From the IMG/VR virus record IMGVR_UViG_3300029720_000461: 64,000 bases of DNA; one strand, 5' to 3'. This document shows, piece by piece, positions 18,441 through 28,590 of the stretch (position 1 is the stretch's first letter; every line of letters begins with the position of its first letter). Under the pieces are notes generated by a model. That model made no database searches, had not been told where the DNA came from, and saw only the letters and a list, made by a program, of their open reading frames with translations. Source of the DNA: a virus (lineage: Duplodnaviria; Heunggongvirae; Uroviricota; Caudoviricetes). The position numbers and the translations under genes are program-made.

Positions 18441-20828
18441 TCAGCCTGCATTTTCGTTTGACTTCACCTGTATATTGGCTTTTCTGTACTGGGTAAAACC
18501 ATGCTTGTCAATATACTGTGCTGTATTAACGGCAGCTTCAGCCTGTACATTTAAAACCTCATTCTGTTTTTCAATGGCAGATAAAAGCTTTTCCATTGAC
18601 TTAAGCTGTGTATCCGCTAATTTATTCTGCTCTTTTAATATAACATTCTGCTCTTTATATTCCTTAATCATCTCAGCATTGTTTTTATTCTGCAATATAA
18701 GCTGTTCATTCTGGGATTTTAACAGTTCGTTATGAAACTTAAGCTGTTCAACAACAGCAGTAAGGTCAATTACTATATTTGGCTCATGCTTTTCTACAGG
18801 CTCATATAATAGAGCTTCATCTGAGGCTTCTTTTTCATCTGATGTATTCGTATCATTTTTTAACGCCTCTGACACATGTGGAATAGCAGCTTCACCTATT
18901 TTGGTTACATTACCGGCAACTACATCAACATGGTCATTTTTTAAATTTGAATAAATCTGTCTTACAGTACTGTCTGCATTGTCATTTTCCATCATAGCTG
19001 CTACCGGTTCTGTATGATTTTTAACAGCAGATTCAGTTGTATCAGAATCCATATCCTGAAGCTCATCATATGGTACAAATACTTCAGACGGTATATCAGG
19101 CTCATTGTTATTAAAGTCTTCAATTTCATAATCAGATGTATCAGCTGTAAAATTAAAATCGACAGTTTCTTCAGTGTTTTCATACATATGGCTGTATTCA
19201 CCTGAATTTTCACCAAAATCAATGTATTCTTCTGCATTTTCTGTTTTATAATCATCAAATTCAGTTTCTTTTTCAATCGGTGCATCAGTTAAACTGTCTG
19301 TATGTTCTGTGTCAATGCTTTCGTTTACAGCAGTTTTGGTATCCTGAATTAAAACAGGTTTTAATCTGCCTTCAATGCTCTTATCTATTTCATTGATAAG
19401 TACTGCAACTGTCTTTGCTTTATTAAATGTGCCTGTAAGGTCATAACAAGTACCAAGAGCATTTTTTCTTGCCTCACATACATCTTTTAAACTGAAGTTA
19501 GTAGGCAGGGCTATAGGCTCATATAAGCCTTCCATAATGGCATTGTATTCAAATTCCTTAAGAGCCTGATTAAAGTCCACGCATTCCGGATACTTAATCT
19601 GTCCTAATGTATCAAGAAATCTCTTTGTAAAATCAGTACCGCTTCCACATACAAGAGTACATGGATACTTTAATAAAAACTCATTAAGACTGTTTACGGC
19701 AGTTTCTTTTGAAACAAAATCACCATTTTTATAAGCCTGTAAATCAATACCTGCTTCACCAAAATAATCATAGCTCTTGTTATTTTCTGCTTTAATAATA
19801 TTCTGTGGAGATGCCGCAATATTAAATTCAAGCTTATCAGCCGGTCTGTATTTACCATCATTATTTTTAATATAGATACATGTAAGCTTGATTATGTCTG
19901 CTTCACTAGGTTTAAATCCTGTTGTGGCAATCTGTAATACACAATAATCCTTATTATTCTTTAATGTATCCTGTAATGTGTTTAAGTCCTTCTGATTCTT
20001 TACATCTGTCTGTAAATTACTTCTGTTTACAAGCATATCAAACTTATCTTTATAACCTGCATTTGCATATTTTGCTTTGCCTTCTTCAACAAATGCATCA
20101 TACTCAGCCTGTTTCTTTTTATCTTCAGCCTGTATATGTTCAGCCATTTTACTTACAATATCTTCCTGCTTTCCGATATATGTAATGATATCATTTGCAA
20201 GATTTACCTTTTTTACTGATAAATCCTGTTCTGTAAGACTTGGTGCTTTAATATATTTTGATACGCTGTCAAGTGAAAATCTCTTTAAAGAATCATCCTT
20301 GCCTTCAAAGTATTCTTTTAAAAGCTTTGTAAAATCAATTACATTTCTGCCATTAATAATGTCTTCACAACCGATTTTTTCAAGATATTTTTTTGAAAAA
20401 TCAATATTGCTCTGTGCAATCATTACTGTATCGCCAAGAGAAGATAAGAAATACTTAATTTCATTCTGGGTTTCTTCAATAGATTTAACATTTATGCCAT
20501 TTACATAATCATCTTTATCAATGCCTGCTTCCTTAAGTGCATCATAACGCTCATTTTCTAATGCAGCACTTACAGCTGAGTCAGGTGCTTTAACAGTCAG
20601 GTTAAGGCTGTAATCTTCAGCATATAATCTTGCTGTTACATCATATTTCATTTTCTTTAATACAATTTTAGTAGGGTAGTGTTCAGTTTCCCCATCATCT
20701 ATACCTGTTGTTGCAATTCCAAAAATACAATAATCTTTATGGCTTCTTATTGTATCTTCAAGCATTTTTAAGTTTCCATTATTATCCTTTGCCTGTGCAA
20801 GAAAAGGATTTGCAAAATTTGACATCAT
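18441..20828 (-). CDS. Protein with two degenerate DnaQ/DEDDh exonuclease-like folds and an acidic/coiled-coil C-terminus
   Basis: KDYCIFGIATTG and KDYCVLQIATTGFKPSEADII resemble ExoI motif YVVFDIETTG. Confidence 0.6.
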   Translation of the reverse strand: MMSNFANPFLAQAKDNNGNLKMLEDTIRSHKDYCIFGIATTGIDDGETEHYPTKIVLKKMKYDVTARLYAEDYSLNLTVKAPDSAVSAALENERYDALKEAGIDKDDYVNGINVKSIEETQNEIKYFLSSLGDTVMIAQSNIDFSKKYLEKIGCEDIINGRNVIDFTKLLKEYFEGKDDSLKRFSLDSVSKYIKAPSLTEQDLSVKKVNLANDIITYIGKQEDIVSKMAEHIQAEDKKKQAEYDAFVEEGKAKYANAGYKDKFDMLVNRSNLQTDVKNQKDLNTLQDTLKNNKDYCVLQIATTGFKPSEADIIKLTCIYIKNNDGKYRPADKLEFNIAASPQNIIKAENNKSYDYFGEAGIDLQAYKNGDFVSKETAVNSLNEFLLKYPCTLVCGSGTDFTKRFLDTLGQIKYPECVDFNQALKEFEYNAIMEGLYEPIALPTNFSLKDVCEARKNALGTCYDLTGTFNKAKTVAVLINEIDKSIEGRLKPVLIQDTKTAVNESIDTEHTDSLTDAPIEKETEFDDYKTENAEEYIDFGENSGEYSHMYENTEETVDFNFTADTSDYEIEDFNNNEPDIPSEVFVPYDELQDMDSDTTESAVKNHTEPVAAMMENDNADSTVRQIYSNLKNDHVDVVAGNVTKIGEAAIPHVSEALKNDTNTSDEKEASDEALLYEPVEKHEPNIVIDLTAVVEQLKFHNELLKSQNEQLILQNKNNAEMIKEYKEQNVILKEQNKLADTQLKSMEKLLSAIEKQNEVLNVQAEAAVNTAQYIDKHGFTQYRKANIQVKSNENAG

Positions 20829-21697
20829 AAGCTTTTCTCCTTTTTACTTTTAATAATTGACTGTTTTTTGATTATATCTTTGTTTCTCATCATGCTTATT
20901 TCAAAATCAATATTATTAAGCATAAGCTGGTTAAAAATATTACATACCTTGATTCCCAGATTATCTTCAACTCTTATTAAAAAAGCTGCCTTATCTTTAA
21001 GATATGTTTCATCATTGTTCCACAAAGCTTTTAAACCTTTATCAACCTTTACCATATCCTTGTATGTGTTATAGTTAGCTAAATCAAGTTTTAAAGGCTT
21101 ACCAAGACCTGTATCAATATCCGGCATATTTTTAGAAGCCGTACTGGATGTAAGTTTTTTTAAATCGTCTTCATATCTCATCTGATACAGTTTTTCCATA
21201 TTTATTATGTTACCTATTCGGTCATAATTAAAAAAAATACGGGCATTTATTTTTTTAAGAGTATTATTCTGCCTTTCAAACATATACATTTTAAGCAGGG
21301 GAGTAATGTAACTTTTCCATCCAGTGCCTTTCTGCATTTTAAAATCAATACCTGTATCCTCAAGAAATTTATCAAATGCCTTAAAAAAGTCTTTCTGATT
21401 CTTAATGTCACTTTTTTCAAGCTTTAACTCTTTAAGAACATATGTATTTCCTTCAAGCTCAAGTGTTTTAATTTCTATCTGTTCATCTTTGACATTGAAA
21501 TATCCATATATAAAATCCTGTATATCAAGAAAATCATCTATGCTGTTACAGAGTTTGCTTATGTTGGTATACTTAAATGTGCCTTTAAGCCCAAAATCAT
21601 TAATATGCAGAAGTACAGAAGTATCAGCATTGTTAAGTGATTCTTCAACTTTTTTTCTTAATTCAATATATTCATTACTGTTCATATTCAACTTCAT
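20825..21697 (-). CDS. hypothetical protein
   Basis: Coupled ORF. Confidence 0.75.
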   Translation of the reverse strand: MKLNMNSNEYIELRKKVEESLNNADTSVLLHINDFGLKGTFKYTNISKLCNSIDDFLDIQDFIYGYFNVKDEQIEIKTLELEGNTYVLKELKLEKSDIKNQKDFFKAFDKFLEDTGIDFKMQKGTGWKSYITPLLKMYMFERQNNTLKKINARIFFNYDRIGNIINMEKLYQMRYEDDLKKLTSSTASKNMPDIDTGLGKPLKLDLANYNTYKDMVKVDKGLKALWNNDETYLKDKAAFLIRVEDNLGIKVCNIFNQLMLNNIDFEISMMRNKDIIKKQSIIKSKKEKSL

Positions 21698-22100
21698 TCA
21701 CCCTGTTTCTCTTGGCATTTTTTACAGCTTTATAATGCATGGAATAATCTTTTCTGTCATTTTCTGTTAATTTATTAAGTCTTTCATATACTTCCAGTCC
21801 TTCAATGTTTTCTTCAGCTAATTTTTGCGGATTAAACATAACAAGCGGGTAAGTATCTGTGCCTTTAAGTCCTGTTCCTGCAAGAAGACCTAAATTTTCT
21901 TTCTCAAGCATTTTTAAAATCTGTTCATGTGTGACAAACTGAGTGTATGGCTGCAATATTGTGTCAAAATCTTTTGTTATGACAGCCACAGGTTCTTCAA
22001 AGCCTTCTTCTTTTGTTTCAAGGCTTATGCATAAATGCTTATCTGAATAAGTTGAAATATTTATTTTTATATCTTTATTTTCAAATTTCATGCCCTTCAT
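21675..22100 (-). CDS. DUF4313-like protein
   Basis: EPVAVIT...LEKENLG...YPLVMFN pattern. Confidence 0.55.
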   Translation of the reverse strand: MKGMKFENKDIKINISTYSDKHLCISLETKEEGFEEPVAVITKDFDTILQPYTQFVTHEQILKMLEKENLGLLAGTGLKGTDTYPLVMFNPQKLAEENIEGLEVYERLNKLTENDRKDYSMHYKAVKNAKRNRVNEVEYEQ

Positions 22101-22566
22101 GCTCCTTTTTATTTTTCTGAATTGTTTTAGGATTTTTTTCTTCCGGTATCATTTTCTTTAACAAATCCTGTGCGTTGGTATCCCACATAAGCTCATGTAC
22201 CAGTGTTTCCATGTCTTCTTCATACCAGTTCGTTTCCCTTCCGTCTGGCAGGGAAGCAGTAGTGCTACGATATACAACAGGATTTCCGTTTTTGGAAAGC
22301 TGTATTATATGACAGTTAATAGCAGATTTTAAAAGATTAAGTGCATCTATATATCTCATAGGCGGTTTATCTTCAAGTATCTGCAAATCTTTTTTATATA
22401 CAGGTCGGCAGTCAAACACTTCCTTATACATATCTGAAAATGCCCGGATTAAATTTTGCTGCTCATTCGTTCTTTCTGCATATTTTGTACTGTAGGCAGT
22501 ATGAATATCTTTCTTATGTAGGTTGTAAAATTTCTTTAATGTGTCTTTATCCATAAATTTCACCAC
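22081..22566 (-). CDS. hypothetical protein
   Basis: ORF. Confidence 0.7.
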   Translation of the reverse strand: MVKFMDKDTLKKFYNLHKKDIHTAYSTKYAERTNEQQNLIRAFSDMYKEVFDCRPVYKKDLQILEDKPPMRYIDALNLLKSAINCHIIQLSKNGNPVVYRSTTASLPDGRETNWYEEDMETLVHELMWDTNAQDLLKKMIPEEKNPKTIQKNKKEHEGHEI

Positions 22567-22864
22567 CTGATAATTATTTTTATGTATACATTGTACGAAA
22601 AAGGAAATTTAAAAATTGTATGATAAGTCTCTTTTATTATGAGCATGTTAAGAATTTACAATAAAAAAAGACCACTGATTAAACAGCGGTCTTGTAATTT
22701 ATATTCACTATTTTTGAATAAACAAAAAAGAGCAGACTGATATCTGCCCTTTCCGTTCACGAATTGAAAAATTACAGTATTGTATTTTTACAATTACGCA
22801 ATACAATATTTAACTATAATATACTGAAAATTATTCTTATTGTCAATAAATAAAACAAATATAA

Positions 22865-23338
22865 TCAGATACGTTCTACAGATTTATTTTTATTTTTCTT
22901 AGTCAGTATTACATCTTTATCAGCCGTTTCAGGATTATCAAATCCGGCAAGATGTGCAAGTTTTTTTAAGCCTTCTTCAGATACTTTTAAGTCTTCAAAG
23001 GGTGGGGAAGTATTATCTTTATCCTGTTCAGGCTCATCTCCTAAAGCATCCCAGTCTGCTTCAGTCAAATTAAAAGCTTTCATAACCATCTTTTTTTCCT
23101 GCAAAGCCATCTTATACATTTTAGCTCTTACAGCTTTTAATTGTTTACAAAGCTTGGCATATTCAGGCGGCATACATTTAACAGCTTCTTTTTTATATTC
23201 TTCCTTAATATATTGATAGTTTTCATCTACAAGTCCATGCTTTAAAAGATTTGCCCGAAATTCCGGCTTGTATTCATTGATTTTATCTACTAATTCACTT
23301 TCTTTTACCATTAATTTTTCAGTTTTTCTCTGATTCAT
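22865..23338 (-). CDS. hypothetical protein
   Basis: ORF. Confidence 0.7.
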   Translation of the reverse strand: MNQRKTEKLMVKESELVDKINEYKPEFRANLLKHGLVDENYQYIKEEYKKEAVKCMPPEYAKLCKQLKAVRAKMYKMALQEKKMVMKAFNLTEADWDALGDEPEQDKDNTSPPFEDLKVSEEGLKKLAHLAGFDNPETADKDVILTKKNKNKSVERI

Positions 23339-23340
23339 AA

Positions 23341-24600
23341 TTACTCCCTGCTCATCTGTTTAATGACTTTCTTTTGCATACTTGCAGTAAGTTCTGTCTG
23401 CTTGGCATATATTTTAGATAATTCTTCAGATGTGCAGTCAGCTATCTCTCCAAGTGCTGTGTTAAGCTCATCATACATCTTTAGAACATTATCAATGCTA
23501 TTTTCTTCTATACCAAGCTTTCTGTCAAGTCTTCTTATTTTAAGGTCAATATCTTTATCCTCTTTTTTAAACTGTTCTGAAATACGTTTAAATTCGTGGC
23601 TGTCTTTACCATATACTCTGTATGCATTTTTAAGAAGAGAATTTTTTATTCCTCTTCCAAAATCTGTTTCTTTAAATTCAGTTGAATTACGACCAAATAT
23701 AACAGCAGTAGCAATACCGGTTAATATATCACCTACAACTTCTCTTGGATTATTAAGATTAGTATGAAATATATCTCTGGCTTTTTTATCTATATCAAAA
23801 TCTGTCTTACGCTTCACAAATCCGACAGCAGCATCCTTTGCCTGTAAATACATTACACTGATTTCCATTTTTTCCCACTGATATGCTAATGATAATGTTT
23901 TTCCCATTGCCTTTAAATTCTGCCTTGTAGCCTGTAACTGATTTATTAATGTTTTTCCTACACTACTCTTTATGGCATGTGTTACGTTACTTAAACGGTT
24001 CACACAATTTAATAAAAATGTGTTTTCTTTTGAACACCTATTAAAACTAATAGTATTTTTTATTTCATTGTCCAATTTTATATCAACTTCTTTTAATGTT
24101 TTAGCAATTTTTTCTACATGCTGTCTGACATCTTTTGTTATACTGTTTTCAATTGCCTTCGTAGTTTTACCAACATCAACTCCATATAATGACTGTAGCT
24201 TATCATATGACATATCAACAGTAGTATCTAAAACATCATCCGTAAGCTTAAATGTAACTGTATGACTGTCACGGTTTATAATATAATCCGTACAGATAAA
24301 ACCTTTAAACCTGTCGTTCGCAATGCGTTCTCCAAGCTTTAAAAATTCCATATCATACTGACGGTTCAAATTATCAAAAATTTCAAGTATGTCCATATTG
24401 GTTGCTGCATTAAAATCATCTATGGAAAAATCTTTCCTTGAAATTTTACCATTATATGAATAAGTAAAGCCTATAATGCTTTCTTCTTTGTTGACTGTAT
24501 AATTTACGCAGTTATAAAAGTCTCCATACATCTTACCTATTTCCTGACCGATAGTGATTAATGAATCATAAGTCTTATCAAATTTTTTTAGTTCATTCAT
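23341..24600 (-). CDS. hypothetical protein
   Basis: ORF with AAGGAG RBS. Confidence 0.75.
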   Translation of the reverse strand: MNELKKFDKTYDSLITIGQEIGKMYGDFYNCVNYTVNKEESIIGFTYSYNGKISRKDFSIDDFNAATNMDILEIFDNLNRQYDMEFLKLGERIANDRFKGFICTDYIINRDSHTVTFKLTDDVLDTTVDMSYDKLQSLYGVDVGKTTKAIENSITKDVRQHVEKIAKTLKEVDIKLDNEIKNTISFNRCSKENTFLLNCVNRLSNVTHAIKSSVGKTLINQLQATRQNLKAMGKTLSLAYQWEKMEISVMYLQAKDAAVGFVKRKTDFDIDKKARDIFHTNLNNPREVVGDILTGIATAVIFGRNSTEFKETDFGRGIKNSLLKNAYRVYGKDSHEFKRISEQFKKEDKDIDLKIRRLDRKLGIEENSIDNVLKMYDELNTALGEIADCTSEELSKIYAKQTELTASMQKKVIKQMSRE

Positions 24601-24636
24601 TTTTATTTTCTCCTTTAAAGAAAATCAGACAGAGCC

Positions 24637-25845
24637 TTAAGAAGCCCTGTCAATTTCCTTTTCCTTTGCTTTTTTCTTAACCTGTGTTTTTGGCTGTTTA
24701 TCAGCTTCCATCTGTTTATCATATTTATCAGATAATTCCTTAACACAGGTATCTATTCTTGTATATGTCTTTTTTAATTCTTCCAGACGTTTTTCCTTAT
24801 CCTGTGGAAGATACATTGAAAGATATCCAAAGCTTGTACATTCAGTGTCAAGACCTAATCTCTGACAAAATATATAGCTTACGCTTTCCGCTTCAATCTC
24901 TTTAATTGATTTTGTAAAATCATAACTTGTTTCGTTATCAAGCATCTCCTGATTATGCATCATACTGTGTGCTATTTCATGGGATAATACCTGTATTGTA
25001 TCAGCAGGTGACATACCTTCCCTTAGCACTATTTTGTTTTGCTTTCTTGAATAATATCCATATGCATTATTTAATATGCCATCTCTTTCAAGTGTGTTAA
25101 ATGATACAGGAACAGGTGAGCATTTAATAAGCGTATCAATAATTTTTTCTGAATTTTCAAAATAACTGTCAATCTGCTTTCTGATGGTTATATCAGGTAA
25201 TGGTTTATCCTTTTCAGGTTCAACCTGTGATACATCAAATACAGGTGCAACACCATAACCGGATATAATTGTATATGTATCTCCATGTCTGTAATTCTGT
25301 AATGTTTCAATAGTAGCAGTAGGAAGAAAACGCTGCAAAAATAATAATGCTTTACCTTCATCATCTGTCTTATACATATGTGGCTTATATATCCATAAAG
25401 CTTTTTCATCTTTCTTTATTTTCTGTTCAAATTTATCATGCCATTGTTTAGCACTCATAACTGCACTTGCAGTAGGGCATTGTGAGAAGATAAGTATTTT
25501 ATTATTCATTGAATATCCGGCAAGGTTTGCAGACATTTTAAGAAAATTCTTATAATTTTCACTGTTCATCATGCTTTCAACACCATCAAAAAGATTCTGA
25601 TGTGCTATTTCAGTAGCAGTAGGAGCAGTAACTAAATTAAGTGTTACGGCAGCATTTGTTCTGTCTGCAATATATTTTATTAATTCTTCAGGATTCTTTA
25701 CATCATAAGTTTTGCCATTATATTCATATTTATTATCTTTAATGTCTGCTTTTAATATAATAAAATCTTCTTCACTTAAAGTTACCTTTAGATAGCCTCT
25801 TTTTATCATTTCATTATATGTTATTTCTTTTTTAGTATTTTTCAT
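24637..25845 (-). CDS. ArdC-like ssDNA-binding / ImmA-IrrE-type metalloprotease antirestriction protein
   Basis: YSMNNKILIFSQCP.A..V.S.KQW; VFDVSQ; HEIAH and EIEAESVSY. Confidence 0.8.
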   Translation of the reverse strand: MKNTKKEITYNEMIKRGYLKVTLSEEDFIILKADIKDNKYEYNGKTYDVKNPEELIKYIADRTNAAVTLNLVTAPTATEIAHQNLFDGVESMMNSENYKNFLKMSANLAGYSMNNKILIFSQCPTASAVMSAKQWHDKFEQKIKKDEKALWIYKPHMYKTDDEGKALLFLQRFLPTATIETLQNYRHGDTYTIISGYGVAPVFDVSQVEPEKDKPLPDITIRKQIDSYFENSEKIIDTLIKCSPVPVSFNTLERDGILNNAYGYYSRKQNKIVLREGMSPADTIQVLSHEIAHSMMHNQEMLDNETSYDFTKSIKEIEAESVSYIFCQRLGLDTECTSFGYLSMYLPQDKEKRLEELKKTYTRIDTCVKELSDKYDKQMEADKQPKTQVKKKAKEKEIDRAS

Positions 25846-25881
25846 AATTCTTACCTCAGATTAATGGTACTCTTAACTAAA

Positions 25882-25925
25882 TTAGTCTAAGCTTAGTCAA
25901 GGTTTAGTCCAAGTTTAGTCAAGGT
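25882..25925. repeat. 4 x 11-bp tandem repeat TTAGTCNARGY
   Basis: ttagtctaagc ttagtcaaggt ttagtccaagt ttagtcaaggt. Confidence 0.85.
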
Positions 25926-25999
25926 TTAATTTAATGTGCCATTTGATAATATATGTCTGATTGTTATAAGTCTAACAAGTTATGCTTATATGGTTTTGT

Positions 26000-27289
26000 T
26001 TAACGAACCTGATTAACTCTGTTGTTTTTATCTTTAAAAGATTCTTCCTTAAATGAAGCTGTGTTAATATTTTTATCATTGTCCTTATCAAGAGCCTTAA
26101 CATAATCATTCATCTTATAAACAGCTTCTTTGCAAAGCCTTCTGTTATAAGCAGATGTGTTAAGAGGTATATGATTGCTTTCATCATAGCTTATTACATT
26201 TACAATTGAAGCACTGTTTTCTTTAAGAAACTTATAAACTACAGCCGCATCTGTTTTTGTAAAATCTATGCCGTTTAATTCCTTCATTTTATCAAACGGT
26301 ATATCATCGCCTTCTTCATATGCATATAATGAAGCACGGTCTATCATGCTTCTGAAAAAAGTGTCTATGTTGTTCATAATGCTTAGTTCAGTATTATCCA
26401 GTTTGTCACGCATACTGTGTAAATCTACCGTAGTATCAAGAAGTTCATTAAGCAGGTTAGGGGTGTATTTAAACATATTGTCCATAGCATGTTTACCGTT
26501 AAGATGGACAGTATTAATAAATACACCGTCATCTATTTCCTTTCCATTCTGGAAATATTTGTCACCCTGCCTGTAGATTTCATCTTTCTTTGGAGTTTTA
26601 GGAGCTTCTACCTTTACAGGTTCATCAGTAACTTTTTCTACAGCATGTCTTTCAAGGAAATCTTTAAGCTCAGATTCAGGAATGTTATATTTACTCTGTA
26701 AGATGTCTACAGCCTGCTTTTCAATAGTTATTTCACTATTATCCATCATTTCTTTAGTTAATCCTTTTATAGTATGTTTAACATCCTCATTTGAGTTATT
26801 CATAACAAAGTTATAAGTATCCTTGTCAAGCCTTTCGATAACTTTATCTGTTATCATGTCCATAAGAGTGTTTTTAAGCGAAAATTCAAATAAAGAAATC
26901 TTAGGAAAATTAAGCTTAGGCTTTTCTCTGTTTGTAAATTTGTTATATTCATACTTTGACATATTAATATATGCTTTAATACCTTCTTTGGTATTTTCTT
27001 TAAAAGCATAGCCTTTAGAAGCCATTGCATTCCATCTGTCCTTAAATCCGTTTACAAACCTGTTGTTAGTTACTCCGAAGCTGATTTTCTCAAAAGTATC
27101 TCTTGCAGCTTCTTTAATTGTAGCTTTAACAATATCCCACTTAGGATGTTCTGAATTTCTGATAATTTCATTAATATCTTTGAAATACTCATAATATTCA
27201 TTCTCATAATTAACCTTATCAGGAATTTCCGACTTATCTTCAAGTTCATCCAAAAACTCAAATTCAAGCATTTCTTCATTCTTTTCCAT
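26000..27289 (-). CDS. hypothetical protein
   Basis: ORF with GAGG RBS. Confidence 0.75.
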   Translation of the reverse strand: MEKNEEMLEFEFLDELEDKSEIPDKVNYENEYYEYFKDINEIIRNSEHPKWDIVKATIKEAARDTFEKISFGVTNNRFVNGFKDRWNAMASKGYAFKENTKEGIKAYINMSKYEYNKFTNREKPKLNFPKISLFEFSLKNTLMDMITDKVIERLDKDTYNFVMNNSNEDVKHTIKGLTKEMMDNSEITIEKQAVDILQSKYNIPESELKDFLERHAVEKVTDEPVKVEAPKTPKKDEIYRQGDKYFQNGKEIDDGVFINTVHLNGKHAMDNMFKYTPNLLNELLDTTVDLHSMRDKLDNTELSIMNNIDTFFRSMIDRASLYAYEEGDDIPFDKMKELNGIDFTKTDAAVVYKFLKENSASIVNVISYDESNHIPLNTSAYNRRLCKEAVYKMNDYVKALDKDNDKNINTASFKEESFKDKNNRVNQVR

Positions 27290-27510
27290 AAATTAATCCT
27301 CATTTCTATATTTTTACATGTCTGCCTTATAACAACATGTGCTAAGAAAGCTCTGACATTGCAGGGATTATAAAGCATATATGTATTTGTGGATATTATA
27401 TATTTTTTGAATTTTATAAATTGGCAAAGAAGCTTTTTTAATAATTTAGGTTGAAAATTATCAATGCAATAAAAAAGAGTGGCAGTAAACTGTCACCCTT
27501 TTTAATAAAA

Positions 27511-28590
27511 TTAGATTTCTTTGTCTATTGTATTTTTAGCTTTATGCATTTTTTTAGTGAAATCATCAGCATGTACCATTTCAAATCCGTTTTCTTTAGT
27601 ATACTGGTAAAGACTGTCTGACAGAAAAATATCATCTTTTTTAATATCATTTTTTTCATTAGCTACTTTTATTAAATCTATAAGATTCATAATATCTTCT
27701 TTTTCAGATACATTAATCATAGACTTAGGAATAATAAGAAATTCTTCTGTACTGCTTGGAAGTATCCAGTAATCATCATCCATTGTTTTTGCTATATTAT
27801 GCATTATTTCATCTGATACAAATAGAGCAGGTGTTTTTATTGAATCAGAAATGACAATATATAAAGGTACAACCGGACATGGTATGCCTTTATTTACTAG
27901 CATATCTGTCAGACCGATAATATTATACTTTTCATTAACCGTATTTCTTATGGCAGCATTGAGAAGTTCTTCCTTACTTATTCCAAGTGCTTCACATGTA
28001 TTTTTAATAACAGGTATCTTTGAATCTGAAGATTCTATACACATTTTGGGAATAAACGCAATACCTTCTTTTTCCAGTGCATATATATCATGTTTTTGAT
28101 AAATGACACTTCCAGAAATAATGCTTTCTTCATCCTTAGATGTCTCATGTATATTTACAGGAAATAATTTAACACTCTTTAATATATTATCTTTATCCTT
28201 TACAGGTATAAAAGCATCAGCAATTCTATAACAATCCTTATTTATACCTATACATGCAAGCAGCTTGTTATATACTTCAGCTCCGGATGAGCCTGAAAAA
28301 TAATCACTGAATAAATCATCAAATTTGCACTTAATAGATACTTCATCACCGGATTTTAATGTAAATTCAAAAGTATCTTTTATGCTTGTATCTACAGTGC
28401 GGATATCATCAAAATCTTTTCTGAATTGTCTGGATATCCAATCTAAAAACTGTATTTTTTCTAAATCATAATCTATAGCCATAATATTTTCTCCATATTT
28501 CTTACATTTCTTTATCAATTGTATTTTTAGCCTTTGCCTTTGGTGGAAGAGTAATCTGGCACTTGGTAAGGGCTTTAGTCCATGTATCAA
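27511..28590 (-). CDS. DUF5688-like protein
   Basis: DYWILPSSTEEFLIIP...LSDSLYQY; true start probably MAIDYD. Confidence 0.7.
   Translation of the reverse strand: MIHGLKPLPSARLLFHQRQRLKIQLIKKCKKYGENIMAIDYDLEKIQFLDWISRQFRKDFDDIRTVDTSIKDTFEFTLKSGDEVSIKCKFDDLFSDYFSGSSGAEVYNKLLACIGINKDCYRIADAFIPVKDKDNILKSVKLFPVNIHETSKDEESIISGSVIYQKHDIYALEKEGIAFIPKMCIESSDSKIPVIKNTCEALGISKEELLNAAIRNTVNEKYNIIGLTDMLVNKGIPCPVVPLYIVISDSIKTPALFVSDEIMHNIAKTMDDDYWILPSSTEEFLIIPKSMINVSEKEDIMNLIDLIKVANEKNDIKKDDIFLSDSLYQYTKENGFEMVHADDFTKKMHKAKNTIDKEI

Noticed and set aside
22586..22596. Fourth Xre operator (ATACATTGTAC)
   Set aside because: A single short AT-rich match could be chance.
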